A stretch of DNA of 64,000 nucleotides from Ignavibacteria bacterium RIFOXYC2_FULL_35_21 (GCA_001804705.1 MHAY01000027.1:15399-79398), one strand, 5' to 3'; shown: positions 18,388 through 28,651, numbered from the stretch's first letter. Notes: a model not told the origin generated them from the sequence alone. Translations and numbers: made by a program.

Positions 18388-19056
18388 ATGAAAGGGAGTG
18401 AATTATTAACTCAGTCAGTTCAGGATTATTTAAAAGCAATTTATAAACTTGAAGACAAAGGTACAGTTTCAACAACTGCACTTTCAAAGGAACTGGAAGT
18501 ATCCGGAGCTTCAGTAACCGGTATGCTAAAACGACTATCTAAAATGGCATTGGTTGATTACAACTCCTACAAGGGTGTAAAACTTACAACAAGGGGTGAA
18601 AAGGTTTCATTGGAAATCATAAGACACCACAGACTGCTGGAATTATTCCTCAAAGAAGAGCTTGGGTACAAGCTTGACAGGGTCCACGAAGAAGCCTGCA
18701 GGCTCGAGCATTTTATTTCCGAAGAATTTGCAGACAAGATTACAGATATACTCGGTAATCCCAAATTTGACCCGCATGGACATCCGATCCCGACTAAGGA
18801 AGGTAAGATGCCTGTTATTCATGAAATAGCTTTATCACAGGTTGAACCTGGCAAAACGACTGTTATTCGCAGATTATCCGATACAGACCCCAAATTGCTT
18901 GGTTACCTTGAAGAAATTGGATTGACGCCAAATTCTAAGGTTTCGGTTTTAACAAAGAGTCCATTTAATGGCCCAATAACTATTAAACATGCTGAAACCG
19001 AAAAGGTGATTGGTTACGAAGTTGCCGGAAAAATATTTGTAGAGGTATTGAAATAA
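18388..19056 (+). CDS. DtxR/MntR/IdeR-family metal-dependent transcriptional regulator with C-terminal FeoA/SH3-like domain
   Basis: 222 aa. Contains DYLKAIYKLEDKG..VSTTALSKELEVSGASVTGMLKRL, RHHRLLELFL and CRLEHFISEE. Confidence 0.85.
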   Translation: MKGSELLTQSVQDYLKAIYKLEDKGTVSTTALSKELEVSGASVTGMLKRLSKMALVDYNSYKGVKLTTRGEKVSLEIIRHHRLLELFLKEELGYKLDRVHEEACRLEHFISEEFADKITDILGNPKFDPHGHPIPTKEGKMPVIHEIALSQVEPGKTTVIRRLSDTDPKLLGYLEEIGLTPNSKVSVLTKSPFNGPITIKHAETEKVIGYEVAGKIFVEVLK

Positions 19057-19224
19057 TTTCTATGAATTTTATCCTGGATTTTTGATTTGTGAAATTTATT
19101 AATTTTCAAAATTATTTTTATTTCAATTTAAATCTTCCCTAACATCAGCAACTCTTTCAATAAAATATTATGTTTTCCGTAATTAATATTTAGTTATGTC
19201 TAATTATTTTATTACGGTGAAAAA

Positions 19225-20637
19225 ATGATTATAAAATATTTTTTTATTTTTCTTCTGTTATTTAGCTGTAATTATTCGGCTGATATTAATGCACAGGCTG
19301 ATATTAAAACAAGAGACCTTGTTACCGGATTGGATACTCCTTGGGAAATCCTATGGGGACCTGATGGCTTTATTTGGATGACGGAAAGATATGGAAGAGT
19401 AAGTAGGGTTAATCCCGCAACAGGTGAGGTTATTGAAATATTGAGGATTCAGGAAGTTCTCGAAGATGGTGAAAGGGGACTGATGGGGATGGTTCTTCAT
19501 CCCAGGTTTTTTTCATCTGTTCCTGAAATGCCTGCCTATCCTTATGTGTATTTAGTTTACAATTACGGGTCAAAAGATAATACCAAGGTAAAAGTTGTAA
19601 GATTTACTTATTCTAATAACAAGCTGGAATCACCGGTTGAATTAATTAAAGACATACCGGGTGCATGGAACCATGACGGTTCCAGGATGTGGATAGACCC
19701 AAATGACTGGACATTATACCTAACAATGGGCGATGCTGCCGTTCAGGACAGGGCTCAAAATCTCAGCAGTTTGAATGGAAAAATTTTAAGGATGAATCTC
19801 GACGGGACTATTCCGCCAGATAATCCTTATCCCAATAGCTACGTTTGGAGCTGGGGACATCGAAATCCACAAGGTTTCGTATTTGCAAATGGCAAGATAT
19901 ATAGTTCGGAACATGGCCCTGATACCGATGATGAATTGAATATTATATATAAGGGCAGAAACTATGGCTGGCCCAATGTCCGGGGATATTGCGATTCCCC
20001 AAACGAGCAGGCTTTTTGCGAATCTAATAAAGTTGTAGAGCCGATAGCCGCCTGGACACCGACAATAGCCACTGCAGGAATTGATTTTTATAATCACAAT
20101 TTAATAAGTGAATGGAAGAATTCTATTTTATTGGTAGCTCTGAAAGGTTCAATGCTTGTTCAATTAAAACTTAATGAAACCGGAGATGATGTTGTTACTC
20201 AGACAAATTATTTTTCAGGAAAATTCGGAAGACTTCGGGATATTTGTATTTCTCCTGACGGAAAAGTTTATATTGCTACAAGTAACAAAGATGGCAGAGG
20301 AAATCCGTCTGCAGTAGATGACAGAATTATTGAAATAACACCCACAGCATTAAAAAAAAATGATGAGAAAGATGAAATAGAAGAAATTGAATTCTATCCT
20401 AATCCATTTTCCGATAAAATTAATTTTAATTTGAATGATTATAACAATAATTGTACGGTTAACATACTCGATATTTTTGGAAATAAAGTAAGAGAATTAT
20501 CTATAAATAACGATAGAAAAATTATCTGGGATGGAAGGGACATTAATGGGAATCATGTAAATAATGGATTTTATTTTGTAAGATTTTTCTCTTCAATTGG
20601 TCCTCATATTATTAAGGTGATTAAGTCGGGTATGTAA
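19225..20637 (+). CDS. PQQ-dependent sugar (glucose/sorbosone) dehydrogenase-like beta-propeller with T9SS C-terminal domain
   Basis: 470 aa. Contains LDTPWEILWGPDG, GLMGMVLHP, HDGSRM, GHRNPQGF and EHGPDTDDELN..GRNYGWP. C-terminal FYPNPFSDKINF...GFYFVRF. Confidence 0.8.
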   Translation: MIIKYFFIFLLLFSCNYSADINAQADIKTRDLVTGLDTPWEILWGPDGFIWMTERYGRVSRVNPATGEVIEILRIQEVLEDGERGLMGMVLHPRFFSSVPEMPAYPYVYLVYNYGSKDNTKVKVVRFTYSNNKLESPVELIKDIPGAWNHDGSRMWIDPNDWTLYLTMGDAAVQDRAQNLSSLNGKILRMNLDGTIPPDNPYPNSYVWSWGHRNPQGFVFANGKIYSSEHGPDTDDELNIIYKGRNYGWPNVRGYCDSPNEQAFCESNKVVEPIAAWTPTIATAGIDFYNHNLISEWKNSILLVALKGSMLVQLKLNETGDDVVTQTNYFSGKFGRLRDICISPDGKVYIATSNKDGRGNPSAVDDRIIEITPTALKKNDEKDEIEEIEFYPNPFSDKINFNLNDYNNNCTVNILDIFGNKVRELSINNDRKIIWDGRDINGNHVNNGFYFVRFFSSIGPHIIKVIKSGM

Positions 20638-20702
20638 ATTAAATAATAATACATCTATTCAATATTTGTGATTAATAAATAATTAGTTTAATTTTGTGTA
20701 AA

Positions 20703-20775
20703 GCCAACATAGCTCAGCTGGTAGAGCAGCTCATTCGTAATGAGCAGGCCGGCGGTTCGAGTCCGCCTGTTGGCT
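20703..20775 (+). tRNA. tRNA-Thr (anticodon CGT)
   Basis: Manual cloverleaf: acceptor gccaaca/tgttggc, D arm gctc-agctggta-gagc, anticodon arm gctca-ttCGTaa-tgagc, T arm ggcgg-ttcgagt-ccgcc. Confidence 0.9.
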
Positions 20776-20797
20776 CTGAGAAATTTTAAGAAATGAT

Positions 20798-20834
20798 AGT
20801 AAGGACACAGTATGCTGTGTCCTTACTATTTTCT
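20798..20834. terminator. Candidate bidirectional terminator hairpin between tRNA-Thr and the convergent lipoprotein gene
   Basis: Perfect 13-bp stem agtaaggacacag / ctgtgtccttact with loop tatg, followed by attttct. Confidence 0.55.
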
Positions 20835-20836
20835 AA

Positions 20837-21616
20837 TTATTGACTCACATGATAACGAAGCATAGCCGATTCACTTCCGATGATATTATAAGTGTAAAAA
20901 CTTACTTTAATTGATTCAGGGTCAACTCTATTTAGAATTAATCCAATATTTTCTCCATACCACTGATGGTTCGTTACTGTGAAATTAAGGTCTAATGGAA
21001 TAGGTAATGCTGAAGGTGTGAATTTCCCACTGAAAGAATATAAGATTTTATATTCTTGAGCCATCACACTAATTGTTTGCCCTTCACCTGTATTCATTGA
21101 TTGCTTTTTTCCTTTTTCTCCTTTGATACTAAATTCACCGTTTAATTTACCATTTATACCGGCAAGGGTTATATCTACATCGGTAAGCGACTGAGCAAAA
21201 ATTGACCAGCTTGCTGAATCAGGGTCAGCAATTACTATCCATGCATCAGTATAATCAATTGGAAATGGTAATTGTGGAGGCATAACATTTCCAATGTTTG
21301 TGTAGAACCTTCCATTTTCTGTGTAATAATAACACTCTTTTTCTCCGCCTGAAAGAGGATATGTAGTATAAATATCAGAATTTCTTCCTAAAAATATACT
21401 CGTTGTTCCTGTAATAGCTATAGAGTCAATTGTTCTTGTTGATTCAACTCTATTACCAAGTGTATCGAGCGTGAAACTTTCATAGACCCAGTAATTTCCA
21501 ACAGCATTTGGAAAATAATTTTTTACATCATTTGTTGATGTCGTTTCAGAACATGAATTAATTAATAATAATGTTCCAAAAATAAATGCTATATAAATAA
21601 AATTTGTAAATTTCAT
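20837..21616 (-). CDS. Lipoprotein of unknown function, tandem paralog 1 of 3
   Basis: 259 aa with lipobox LLINSC. Shares GNYWVYESFTLDTLGN, W.VIAD, NG.F...GEKG and a C-terminal LRYHV with the next two genes. Confidence 0.6.
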   Translation of the reverse strand: MKFTNFIYIAFIFGTLLLINSCSETTSTNDVKNYFPNAVGNYWVYESFTLDTLGNRVESTRTIDSIAITGTTSIFLGRNSDIYTTYPLSGGEKECYYYTENGRFYTNIGNVMPPQLPFPIDYTDAWIVIADPDSASWSIFAQSLTDVDITLAGINGKLNGEFSIKGEKGKKQSMNTGEGQTISVMAQEYKILYSFSGKFTPSALPIPLDLNFTVTNHQWYGENIGLILNRVDPESIKVSFYTYNIIGSESAMLRYHVSQ

Positions 21617-21649
21617 ATTATACCTATTAAATTAATTTTGAAGATTTTT

Positions 21650-22429
21650 TTATTCTGTAACATTGTATCTTAAAAGTTTTCTTTCGAATCCTTCAAATTT
21701 ATATGAACCGAATGAAGCAAGGTTAAATTTTGATTCGTCATAAGTCTGAAGTAGTATTCCAACTTTTTTATCAAACCAGGAATGAACTGTAATTGTAAAA
21801 GTTTGCTTAATCGTAGGTGCAAGACTAACATATCCTTCGAACTTGAATATTAGTTTAAATTCTTGTGCATTAAAGGTTTTCGAATTCACATCAATGTTTT
21901 TAGTAACACCTTTTTCTCCACTAACTGTAAAAGTACCATTTATACTAATACCGGGTACTATTTCAGTCGTTGGTATTGTATCTATCTTGACAAGCCAGGT
22001 ATTGCTGTTATAATCTGCAATAGTTACCCACATGCTATCGAGTGAAAACGGTAATTGAACAGGTAAATTTTTCAGCATTGTAGTAATAACTTGATTTACA
22101 AAATCCGAATACATGAAGAATTTTTCTCCTTCTGTGTAGCAGTAATTTTCAACATCTTCAGAACCGGTTGTAACTGTTTTCATTTTGAAAGCTGTTTTAC
22201 TTAATATAGTTTCATTACCTGTAATAAATGTTGAATCTGTTGTTGAATTTCCTGTTTGATTACCGAGAGAATCAATTATATATCTATCATAAATCCACCA
22301 ATTACCTACATTCAGAAATGTAAAGTTGCCTTGCTGATTATTATCCGTGGGATTGTCGCTCGAACAGGAATTCAATATGACAAAACTTAATGATAGAAAT
22401 GCTAAAGTAAGTAGTTTAAATGTTCTCAT
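21650..22429 (-). CDS. Lipoprotein of unknown function, tandem paralog 2 of 3
   Basis: 259 aa with lipobox VILNSC. Contains GNWWIYDRYIIDSLGN and a C-terminal LLRYNV. Confidence 0.6.
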   Translation of the reverse strand: MRTFKLLTLAFLSLSFVILNSCSSDNPTDNNQQGNFTFLNVGNWWIYDRYIIDSLGNQTGNSTTDSTFITGNETILSKTAFKMKTVTTGSEDVENYCYTEGEKFFMYSDFVNQVITTMLKNLPVQLPFSLDSMWVTIADYNSNTWLVKIDTIPTTEIVPGISINGTFTVSGEKGVTKNIDVNSKTFNAQEFKLIFKFEGYVSLAPTIKQTFTITVHSWFDKKVGILLQTYDESKFNLASFGSYKFEGFERKLLRYNVTE

Positions 22430-22457
22430 TTTTTTACCTCATAATTTATTTAAAAAA

Positions 22458-23231
22458 TTAATTTGCAATGTGATGTCTTAATAAAATTTGTTCCTGCCCG
22501 GGGAAACTCCATGGTTGTAATGGCGAAATCTCGATTTTCATTGCTTCTGTCAAGGTTTTCACTAATCCGACATTATCTGCAAAATATAAATAAGTTTTTC
22601 TTTCGAGTGTAATTGGGATTTTATATGATTGATATTTAAAATTGCCTGTGAATATAGTTCTCACAGTGAATTTCCTTGTATTATATGATTTCGATTCTGC
22701 TGTTATTGTTTCATTTCCGGAATTCGAACCAAACGCTGACAGATTTCCTTCGATTGTTCCAATAATAACACTCGTTTCCGGTATTATTCCATCGAAGACC
22801 TTCCAATCCTCATCTTCAGCATCTACCAATTTCATCCAATGTTGAGTATATGTGATATTTGATGCAAATGGAATATCCTTCAACATGTATTCAATCAGAT
22901 TAGTATATGCAAATACCTTCAAATTGCTAACCGAATAATAGACGGTATCAGAAGTTATAGAGCCAAGACTATCAATATGATAATTTATAAAAATTGAGCC
23001 ACTTGTGTCATTTTTTGTAATATTGCCTGCAACATAAATAGAATCGTATGTTTTATAGTTGCCTATCCTGTTATTATTTGAATCGAGCGTATAATTCATA
23101 TATACCCAGTATGTACCGGATTTCATAGGAAGTAATGTTGTTTGATTACCACCTGCCGGATTGTCATCTCCACATGAAATGAGAACAGTTGATATTAATA
23201 TAAATATAAATAACAGAGTGATTTTTTTCAT
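22458..23231 (-). CDS. Lipoprotein of unknown function, tandem paralog 3 of 3
   Basis: 257 aa with lipobox VLISC. Contains GTYWVYMNYTLDSNNN and a C-terminal LLRHHI. Confidence 0.6.
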   Translation of the reverse strand: MKKITLLFIFILISTVLISCGDDNPAGGNQTTLLPMKSGTYWVYMNYTLDSNNNRIGNYKTYDSIYVAGNITKNDTSGSIFINYHIDSLGSITSDTVYYSVSNLKVFAYTNLIEYMLKDIPFASNITYTQHWMKLVDAEDEDWKVFDGIIPETSVIIGTIEGNLSAFGSNSGNETITAESKSYNTRKFTVRTIFTGNFKYQSYKIPITLERKTYLYFADNVGLVKTLTEAMKIEISPLQPWSFPGQEQILLRHHIAN

Positions 23232-23361
23232 AACATATCTTTCAGTCGAATAACCTTAAATATATAATAATTTGTTAACGTGTTAAATAGAAATTAATTA
23301 TAAATTGGAATATACTGAAATAAAAAAAAGCCTCAAAATATTTGAAGCTTTAATTTCTAAG

Positions 23362-23443
23362 CGGAGGGTGAGGGACTCGAACCCCCACAGGCTGACGCCC
23401 GGCGGTTTTCAAGACCGCTGCAATACCATTATGCGAACCCTCC
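23362..23443 (-). tRNA. tRNA-Ser (anticodon TGA), class II with long variable arm
   Basis: Reverse complement folds as ggagggt-tc-gca..tgc-a-gcggt-ctTGAaa-accgc-[15-nt variable arm]-ggggg-ttcgagt-ccctc-accctcc-g. Confidence 0.85.
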
Positions 23444-23721
23444 TAATGGTACATTTTGGAATTACAAAATTCCGACTTTTTTTCGTAAATACAAAGCAGT
23501 TTCTTGTATGGTATTACTAAAATATATACATTTTCTAATCACTCTTCGATAAACTCAGAGTGACAACACTGTTTGTCATACTGAGCCTGTCGAAGTATGA
23601 CTTTAATATGATTAAACTTCATTTTGAATGGTTTGTAAACCAATTTAGCAATACCTCTTGTATTACAAGCTAATCTAATTTAATTTGCAAATTCTATTTG
23701 TTTAATTAACTCTCAATAAAA

Positions 23722-24510
23722 ATGAATTTACGTCTCGAAGGAAAAAATGCCTTAGTATGCGGAAGCAGTCAGGGTCTTGGTAAAGCAATTGCTGTACGTC
23801 TCGCTGAAATGGGAGCGAATGTAACTCTTTTGGCAAGAAATGAAGATACTTTAAAAATTACTGTTGGTGAGCTTCCAGCTAATAGTGAACAGAAACACAA
23901 TTTTATTTCTGTTGATTTTTCAGAACCCGAAAATGCTATTCAAAATATAAAAAGCCAATTACCTTTAGATAAAGTTTATCATATTTTGATAAATAATGCA
24001 GGTGGTCCACAACCAGGTGAAATCAATTCTGCAGAGCCTGAACACTTGAGACAGGCATTCAATCAACATATAATAATGAGCCAACTTCTTGTCCAGCTCT
24101 TGTTACCGGGAATGAAAAAAGCAGGCTTTGGAAGAATTATTAATGTTATTTCTATCGGTGTGAAACAGCCTATCGAAAACCTTGGTGTGTCGAATACAAT
24201 CCGTGCTGCAATGGCAAGCTGGTCAAAAACTCTATCACGTGAACTTGCTCCTTTCGGAATTACAGTTAATAATCTTTTACCGGGTCATACCCGCACAACA
24301 AGATTAGAAGCCCTTATTCAGAATCGTGCAAAATCGAAAGGCGTTACTGTTGAGGAAATGGAAAAATCAATGATAGCAGAAATTCCCGTCGGCAGATTCG
24401 GAAAACCCGAAGACATTGCTAATGCCGCAGGATTCCTTGCATCAGAAGAAGCGTCGTTTATAACCGGAATAAATCTTCCTGTTGATGGCGGATTTTTGAG
24501 AACTCTTTAG
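23722..24510 (+). CDS. Short-chain dehydrogenase/reductase (FabG-like)
   Basis: 262 aa. Contains GSSQGLGKAIA (TGxxxGxG variant), NNAG, and the SDR-typical C-terminus FITGINLPVDGG. Confidence 0.85.
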   Translation: MNLRLEGKNALVCGSSQGLGKAIAVRLAEMGANVTLLARNEDTLKITVGELPANSEQKHNFISVDFSEPENAIQNIKSQLPLDKVYHILINNAGGPQPGEINSAEPEHLRQAFNQHIIMSQLLVQLLLPGMKKAGFGRIINVISIGVKQPIENLGVSNTIRAAMASWSKTLSRELAPFGITVNNLLPGHTRTTRLEALIQNRAKSKGVTVEEMEKSMIAEIPVGRFGKPEDIANAAGFLASEEASFITGINLPVDGGFLRTL

Positions 24511-24824
24511 ATTTACACCTAAATATTATGTAATACCCTGAGAAGCAAGAATTGAAGCGAGATTTAAGAATTTGGTATCAATATTATTTTTTATAAATCA
24601 AAACATCCTCAAATTGGTAATTAAGTCAATATTTCTCTCAAATGAATGTCATAACTAATTGTTTTATCAGTAATAGAACCTTAATCCACCTTGTCCGATT
24701 TGTAACATATTGATAAGTAATTAAATACAACTTATTTTCAATCAATAATTTATTAATCGAATATTAATATTTGATTAAACATGAGCTAAATTGTTAAAAA
24801 TGAGGAAATTTTTGAATTTTTCTA

Positions 24825-24853
24825 TTGACATTTAAATAAAAGTAATGTAAATT
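24825..24853 (+). promoter_or_regulatory. Candidate sigma-70-type promoter upstream of ftsQAZ
   Basis: TTGACA (24825-24830), 17-nt spacer, TAAATT (24848-24853). It would give a leader of about 215 nt with three hairpins before ftsQ. Confidence 0.3.
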
Positions 24854-25074
24854 TGAAATAACGAGATACATTTTTTGCAGCATAGATGTATCCGTACATC
24901 ATAAAATACCGTTAGGTAAATGTAAAAATATAAGTAATTATATGTTTTGTTTATAATAGCTATAAGTGTATTTAAACAGTGCAGTCCGCTGTTTTGGCTA
25001 TTGTTTGAATTAGAATAATTAACGGCAGGAATGAGCAGCATCATTCTGTTGATACAATTAAATAACCTTTCTAA

Positions 25075-25908
25075 TTGATGGACGAGTACGATGAGACATA
25101 TTCCGCCGAGGGGGACAGCGGGGTCGAGGTGAAGAGCAAAAAAGGCTGGCTCTACATTTCACTTTTGATTGTCGTCATCTTTGTTTCAGGTGTTGTTTAC
25201 CTGTCGAACAGCTATGCCGTACCACAAAAATTAACCAATATTATTATAACAGGAAATTTTGCTGTCAGCACGAATGAAATAATCAATAAAATAAATTTTG
25301 ACAAAATCGAAAAGGCAGGAAATTTAAAAACGCTTGCCGAATTGAAAAAGCAAATCGAAAAAAATCCATACATTGATTATTCTTATGTCTATCAAAAGAA
25401 TTCCTCAGAGATTGTCGTTGAGATTCACGAGAAAAAACCGGTAGCTATTCTTATTGATGATAATTATAATAATTATTTCATCTCAAAAGATGCATCCATT
25501 CTACCTTATAAGTTAATTCATCTGAAAAATGATTATCCTATCATCAGGGGAATTAACGTATCAGGTAATCGAAATAGTAAAATTGTAAAATCAGCACTGG
25601 AATTAATCACACTCATTGATAATGATGAATCCCAGGAACTATCTAAAGCAATTTCTGAAGTTGTATATAACCCGATTGCTCGAAATTTTAAAGTTATTCT
25701 TTCAGAGTCAGGGAAGGAAATTTTAATCGGCAGTTCTTCGGAAGCAGAAAATAAATCTGAGAAATTGAGAGTAGTGCTTCAAAATCTTGTACATGAGCAG
25801 GATTTGGCGGATGCAGAATTAATTGATTTAAGATGGAAAAATCAGATTGTTGTGAAAAACAAAATGGCTTATGTTATGCCGAATGATACTATTAAGAAAA
25901 CAATTTAA
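25075..25908 (+). CDS. ftsQ: Cell division protein FtsQ (POTRA domain)
   Basis: 277 aa. Single N-terminal TM helix (WLYISLLIVVIFVSGVVYL) followed by a POTRA-like region (LTNIIITGNFAVSTNEIINKI). Position directly upstream of ftsA-ftsZ. The start is TTG 25075 or ATG 25078. Confidence 0.7.
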   Translation: MMDEYDETYSAEGDSGVEVKSKKGWLYISLLIVVIFVSGVVYLSNSYAVPQKLTNIIITGNFAVSTNEIINKINFDKIEKAGNLKTLAELKKQIEKNPYIDYSYVYQKNSSEIVVEIHEKKPVAILIDDNYNNYFISKDASILPYKLIHLKNDYPIIRGINVSGNRNSKIVKSALELITLIDNDESQELSKAISEVVYNPIARNFKVILSESGKEILIGSSSEAENKSEKLRVVLQNLVHEQDLADAELIDLRWKNQIVVKNKMAYVMPNDTIKKTI

Positions 25909-25934
25909 AAATAAATAATAATGAAAGTTATAAA

Positions 25935-27233
25935 ATGGCAATTTTGACACCAAGCAGAAACAACGGTAGTTCGCAGTCGAAGCAGAAAGTGATTGTGGGA
26001 CTGGACATTGGAACATCCAAATTTTGCTGTCTGGTAGCCTCGCCGGACGAAAAAACAAAAAAGCTGGATATACTCGGCATCGGTATTTCCGAGGCTGAAG
26101 GCTTGTTCAGGGGTGTCGTAGTGAAAATTGACAACACCGTTAAAACAATTCAGAAGGTGATTGCAGAGGCTGAACAACAATCAGGTTTGCAGATTAAGGA
26201 AGTGATTGTCGGTATTGCCGGGGACCACATCGAGTCCTATCAATCGAGAGGTATTGTAGGCATTTCTAATATTAATAAGGAAGTATCCGAGAATGATGTC
26301 GAAAGGCTTTTGGAAGAAAGCTGTAAGATTGCAATACCAAGTGACAGGAGAATCCTACATGTCATACCGCAGGATTACATCATTGACGGACAGGATGGAA
26401 TCATTGACCCGATTGGTATGAGTGGTGTCAGGATGGAAGCCAATGTTCATATCGTTACAGGATTAATCACGGCAATTCAGAATATTTATAAATGTGTCGA
26501 ACGCAGTGGTATTAGGGTTAAGGATATTGTACTGGAGCCGCTCGCAAGCAGTCATGCCGTTCTCGATAGTGATGAGAAAGAAGTTGGTGTTGCTCTGATT
26601 GACATTGGCGGAGGTACTACAGACATAGCTATTTTTGAAGAAGGAATCGTTAGATTCACTTCGGGATTTGGTATCGCAGGAAAACAGGTTACTTATGATA
26701 TTAAGACTGGGTTGGGTATAATTCCATCACAGGCAGAAAAAATTAAGAGAGAATACGGGCATGCTTATATGAATAATATTATGCATGATGATTTATTCAT
26801 GGTTCCGGGAATTGGCGGCAGGAAGCCGATGGAAATTACAAAGAGTTATCTGTGCAGAATCATTCAACCGCGTTATGAAGAAATTTTTGAGTTTGCACTT
26901 AGCGAAATCCGGCGTTCTGGTTACTCGGGAAGACTGGGTGCAGGAATAGTACTAACCGGTGGAAGTGCTTTGGTCGGTGGAATTGAGGAGCTTGCACAGG
27001 AAGTTTTCGGAATGCCTGTTAAAATCGGAATTCCTTCGGGAGTTACTTATTCGGGACTTGTACAAGAAGTAGAGAATCCGATGTACTCGACTGCGGTTGG
27101 TCTGGTGTTGCATGAACTGAAGGGCATGGCACGTGATTCTGCTCCTGATGATGATGACGAACCTTTGCAATCAGAGAAGAAAAATAAAATGTCGTTTTTC
27201 AAAAAAGTAAGAAATTATTTGGAAGAACTTTAA
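25935..27233 (+). CDS. ftsA: Cell division protein FtsA
   Basis: 432 aa actin-like ATPase. Contains VGLDIGTSKF, ALIDIGGGTTDIAIF and GIVLTGGSALVGG. Confidence 0.9.
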   Translation: MAILTPSRNNGSSQSKQKVIVGLDIGTSKFCCLVASPDEKTKKLDILGIGISEAEGLFRGVVVKIDNTVKTIQKVIAEAEQQSGLQIKEVIVGIAGDHIESYQSRGIVGISNINKEVSENDVERLLEESCKIAIPSDRRILHVIPQDYIIDGQDGIIDPIGMSGVRMEANVHIVTGLITAIQNIYKCVERSGIRVKDIVLEPLASSHAVLDSDEKEVGVALIDIGGGTTDIAIFEEGIVRFTSGFGIAGKQVTYDIKTGLGIIPSQAEKIKREYGHAYMNNIMHDDLFMVPGIGGRKPMEITKSYLCRIIQPRYEEIFEFALSEIRRSGYSGRLGAGIVLTGGSALVGGIEELAQEVFGMPVKIGIPSGVTYSGLVQEVENPMYSTAVGLVLHELKGMARDSAPDDDDEPLQSEKKNKMSFFKKVRNYLEEL

Positions 27234-27271
27234 CTAATTATAAATTGTTACAAACTAAATGGGGATAGCTT

Positions 27272-28627
27272 ATGGCAATTGAACTTGACACCACGATGCC
27301 CGATGGAGCCAGAATACGCGTCATCGGAGTTGGCGGCGGCGGCGGCAACGCAGTCAATAACATGATTAACCGCGGCCTTGACTCTGTGGATTTTATCGCT
27401 GCTAATACCGACAAGCAGGCACTCGACCACAACCTTGCGAATATCAAAATTCAGCTTGGCAAGGAATTTACCAAAGGATTGGGAGCAGGCTCGAGTCCTG
27501 ATGTTGGTAGAAAATCCGTAGAGGAAAGCAACGAAGAAATTAAAAATTCTCTTCGCGGAAGCGACATGGTTTTCGTTACCTGCGGAATGGGCGGCGGCAC
27601 AGGAACCGGTGGCAGCCCCTGGGTTGCAAGAGTTGCCCAGGAAGTCGGAGCCTTGGTTGTCGGTATTGTAACCAAGCCCTTCAGTTGGGAAGGTAAAAAG
27701 AGAATGGTGGTTGCCGAAACGGGCATCGAAGAACTGAGACAGCATGTCGATGCTTTGATTGTTATCCCGAATCAGAAACTGCTCGACGTCATCGAAAAGA
27801 ACACAAACTTCGGCGAAGCTTTTCTGAAAGTTGACGAAGTGCTTTACAATGCCACCCGCGGGATTGCTGATATTATTTCTATGCACGGAGTTGTGAACGT
27901 TGACTTTGCAGATGTGAAAACCGTGATGAAAAACATGGGTGATGCAATCATGGGTATCGGCACTGCAACCGGTACTAACAGGGCGGCAGAAGCCACTCAG
28001 AATGCACTTAACTCGCCTCTGCTTGATGGTATTACAATATCCGGTGCTCAGGGTGTGCTGGTTAATATTACAGGTGGATGCGACATGACAATGCACGAAG
28101 TTGCGGAAGCTGTTACCATCGTCGAGGAAGCCTCAGGTGCGGATGTCAATCTTATTCACGGCGTTGTGTATAAGCCTGAACCATCTGAAGAAATATCCGT
28201 AACGGTTGTCGCTACGGGTTTCAATAAAGCAAAAATGAACGGAAAAAAATTTCCTGCCGATACATCTTTAAATTTCAAAGCTGAAGAACTGCCGTTCAAC
28301 AAGAGAATGACAGAGCAGGTTAATCCTTTTAAATCAATTGCCGCATCGGGTGGAATCGTATCGCCTCATACTGCGACCGAAACCGTGTTCGTCAAGCCTG
28401 CCGTGGCAGAGCCGATGAAGAGCCCGAGAGGTGCCTCTGAGCTTAGAGAGTATGATGTGCCTGCTTACGAAAGAAGATTGGCAAGAGAAGAAATGGAAGA
28501 GATGGGAAATTCTCTTAACCGGATGGAAAAAGTGCATCACATTTCCGAAGGTGAAACCGTAGAAACAAACGGCAACGCTAAATACCATTTCGAGAAACCT
28601 GCCTTTTTAAGAAAAATAATGGACTAA
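27272..28627 (+). CDS. ftsZ: Cell division GTPase FtsZ
   Basis: 451 aa. Contains IRVIGVGGGGGNAVNNM, the tubulin signature GMGGGTGTGG, and NVDFADV. Confidence 0.95.
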   Translation: MAIELDTTMPDGARIRVIGVGGGGGNAVNNMINRGLDSVDFIAANTDKQALDHNLANIKIQLGKEFTKGLGAGSSPDVGRKSVEESNEEIKNSLRGSDMVFVTCGMGGGTGTGGSPWVARVAQEVGALVVGIVTKPFSWEGKKRMVVAETGIEELRQHVDALIVIPNQKLLDVIEKNTNFGEAFLKVDEVLYNATRGIADIISMHGVVNVDFADVKTVMKNMGDAIMGIGTATGTNRAAEATQNALNSPLLDGITISGAQGVLVNITGGCDMTMHEVAEAVTIVEEASGADVNLIHGVVYKPEPSEEISVTVVATGFNKAKMNGKKFPADTSLNFKAEELPFNKRMTEQVNPFKSIAASGGIVSPHTATETVFVKPAVAEPMKSPRGASELREYDVPAYERRLAREEMEEMGNSLNRMEKVHHISEGETVETNGNAKYHFEKPAFLRKIMD

Positions 28628-28651
28628 TTTAATTCATAAATTTTCTGGGTG

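Noticed and set aside
23305-23520. 71-aa ORF on the plus strand
   Set aside because: It overlaps tRNA-Ser(TGA) on the opposite strand, and the tRNA cloverleaf explains the sequence.
24832-25044. 70-aa minus-strand ORF in the ftsQ upstream region
   Set aside because: It has no Shine-Dalgarno site, a low-complexity product, and overlaps the predicted promoter and leader hairpins.
27248-28096. 282-aa ORF on the minus strand, plus other antisense ORFs at 27238-27447, 27451-27726 and 28334-28588
   Set aside because: They lie entirely antisense to the highly conserved ftsZ gene in its locally GC-richer region. The products are low-complexity and carry no motifs. These are typical shadow ORFs.
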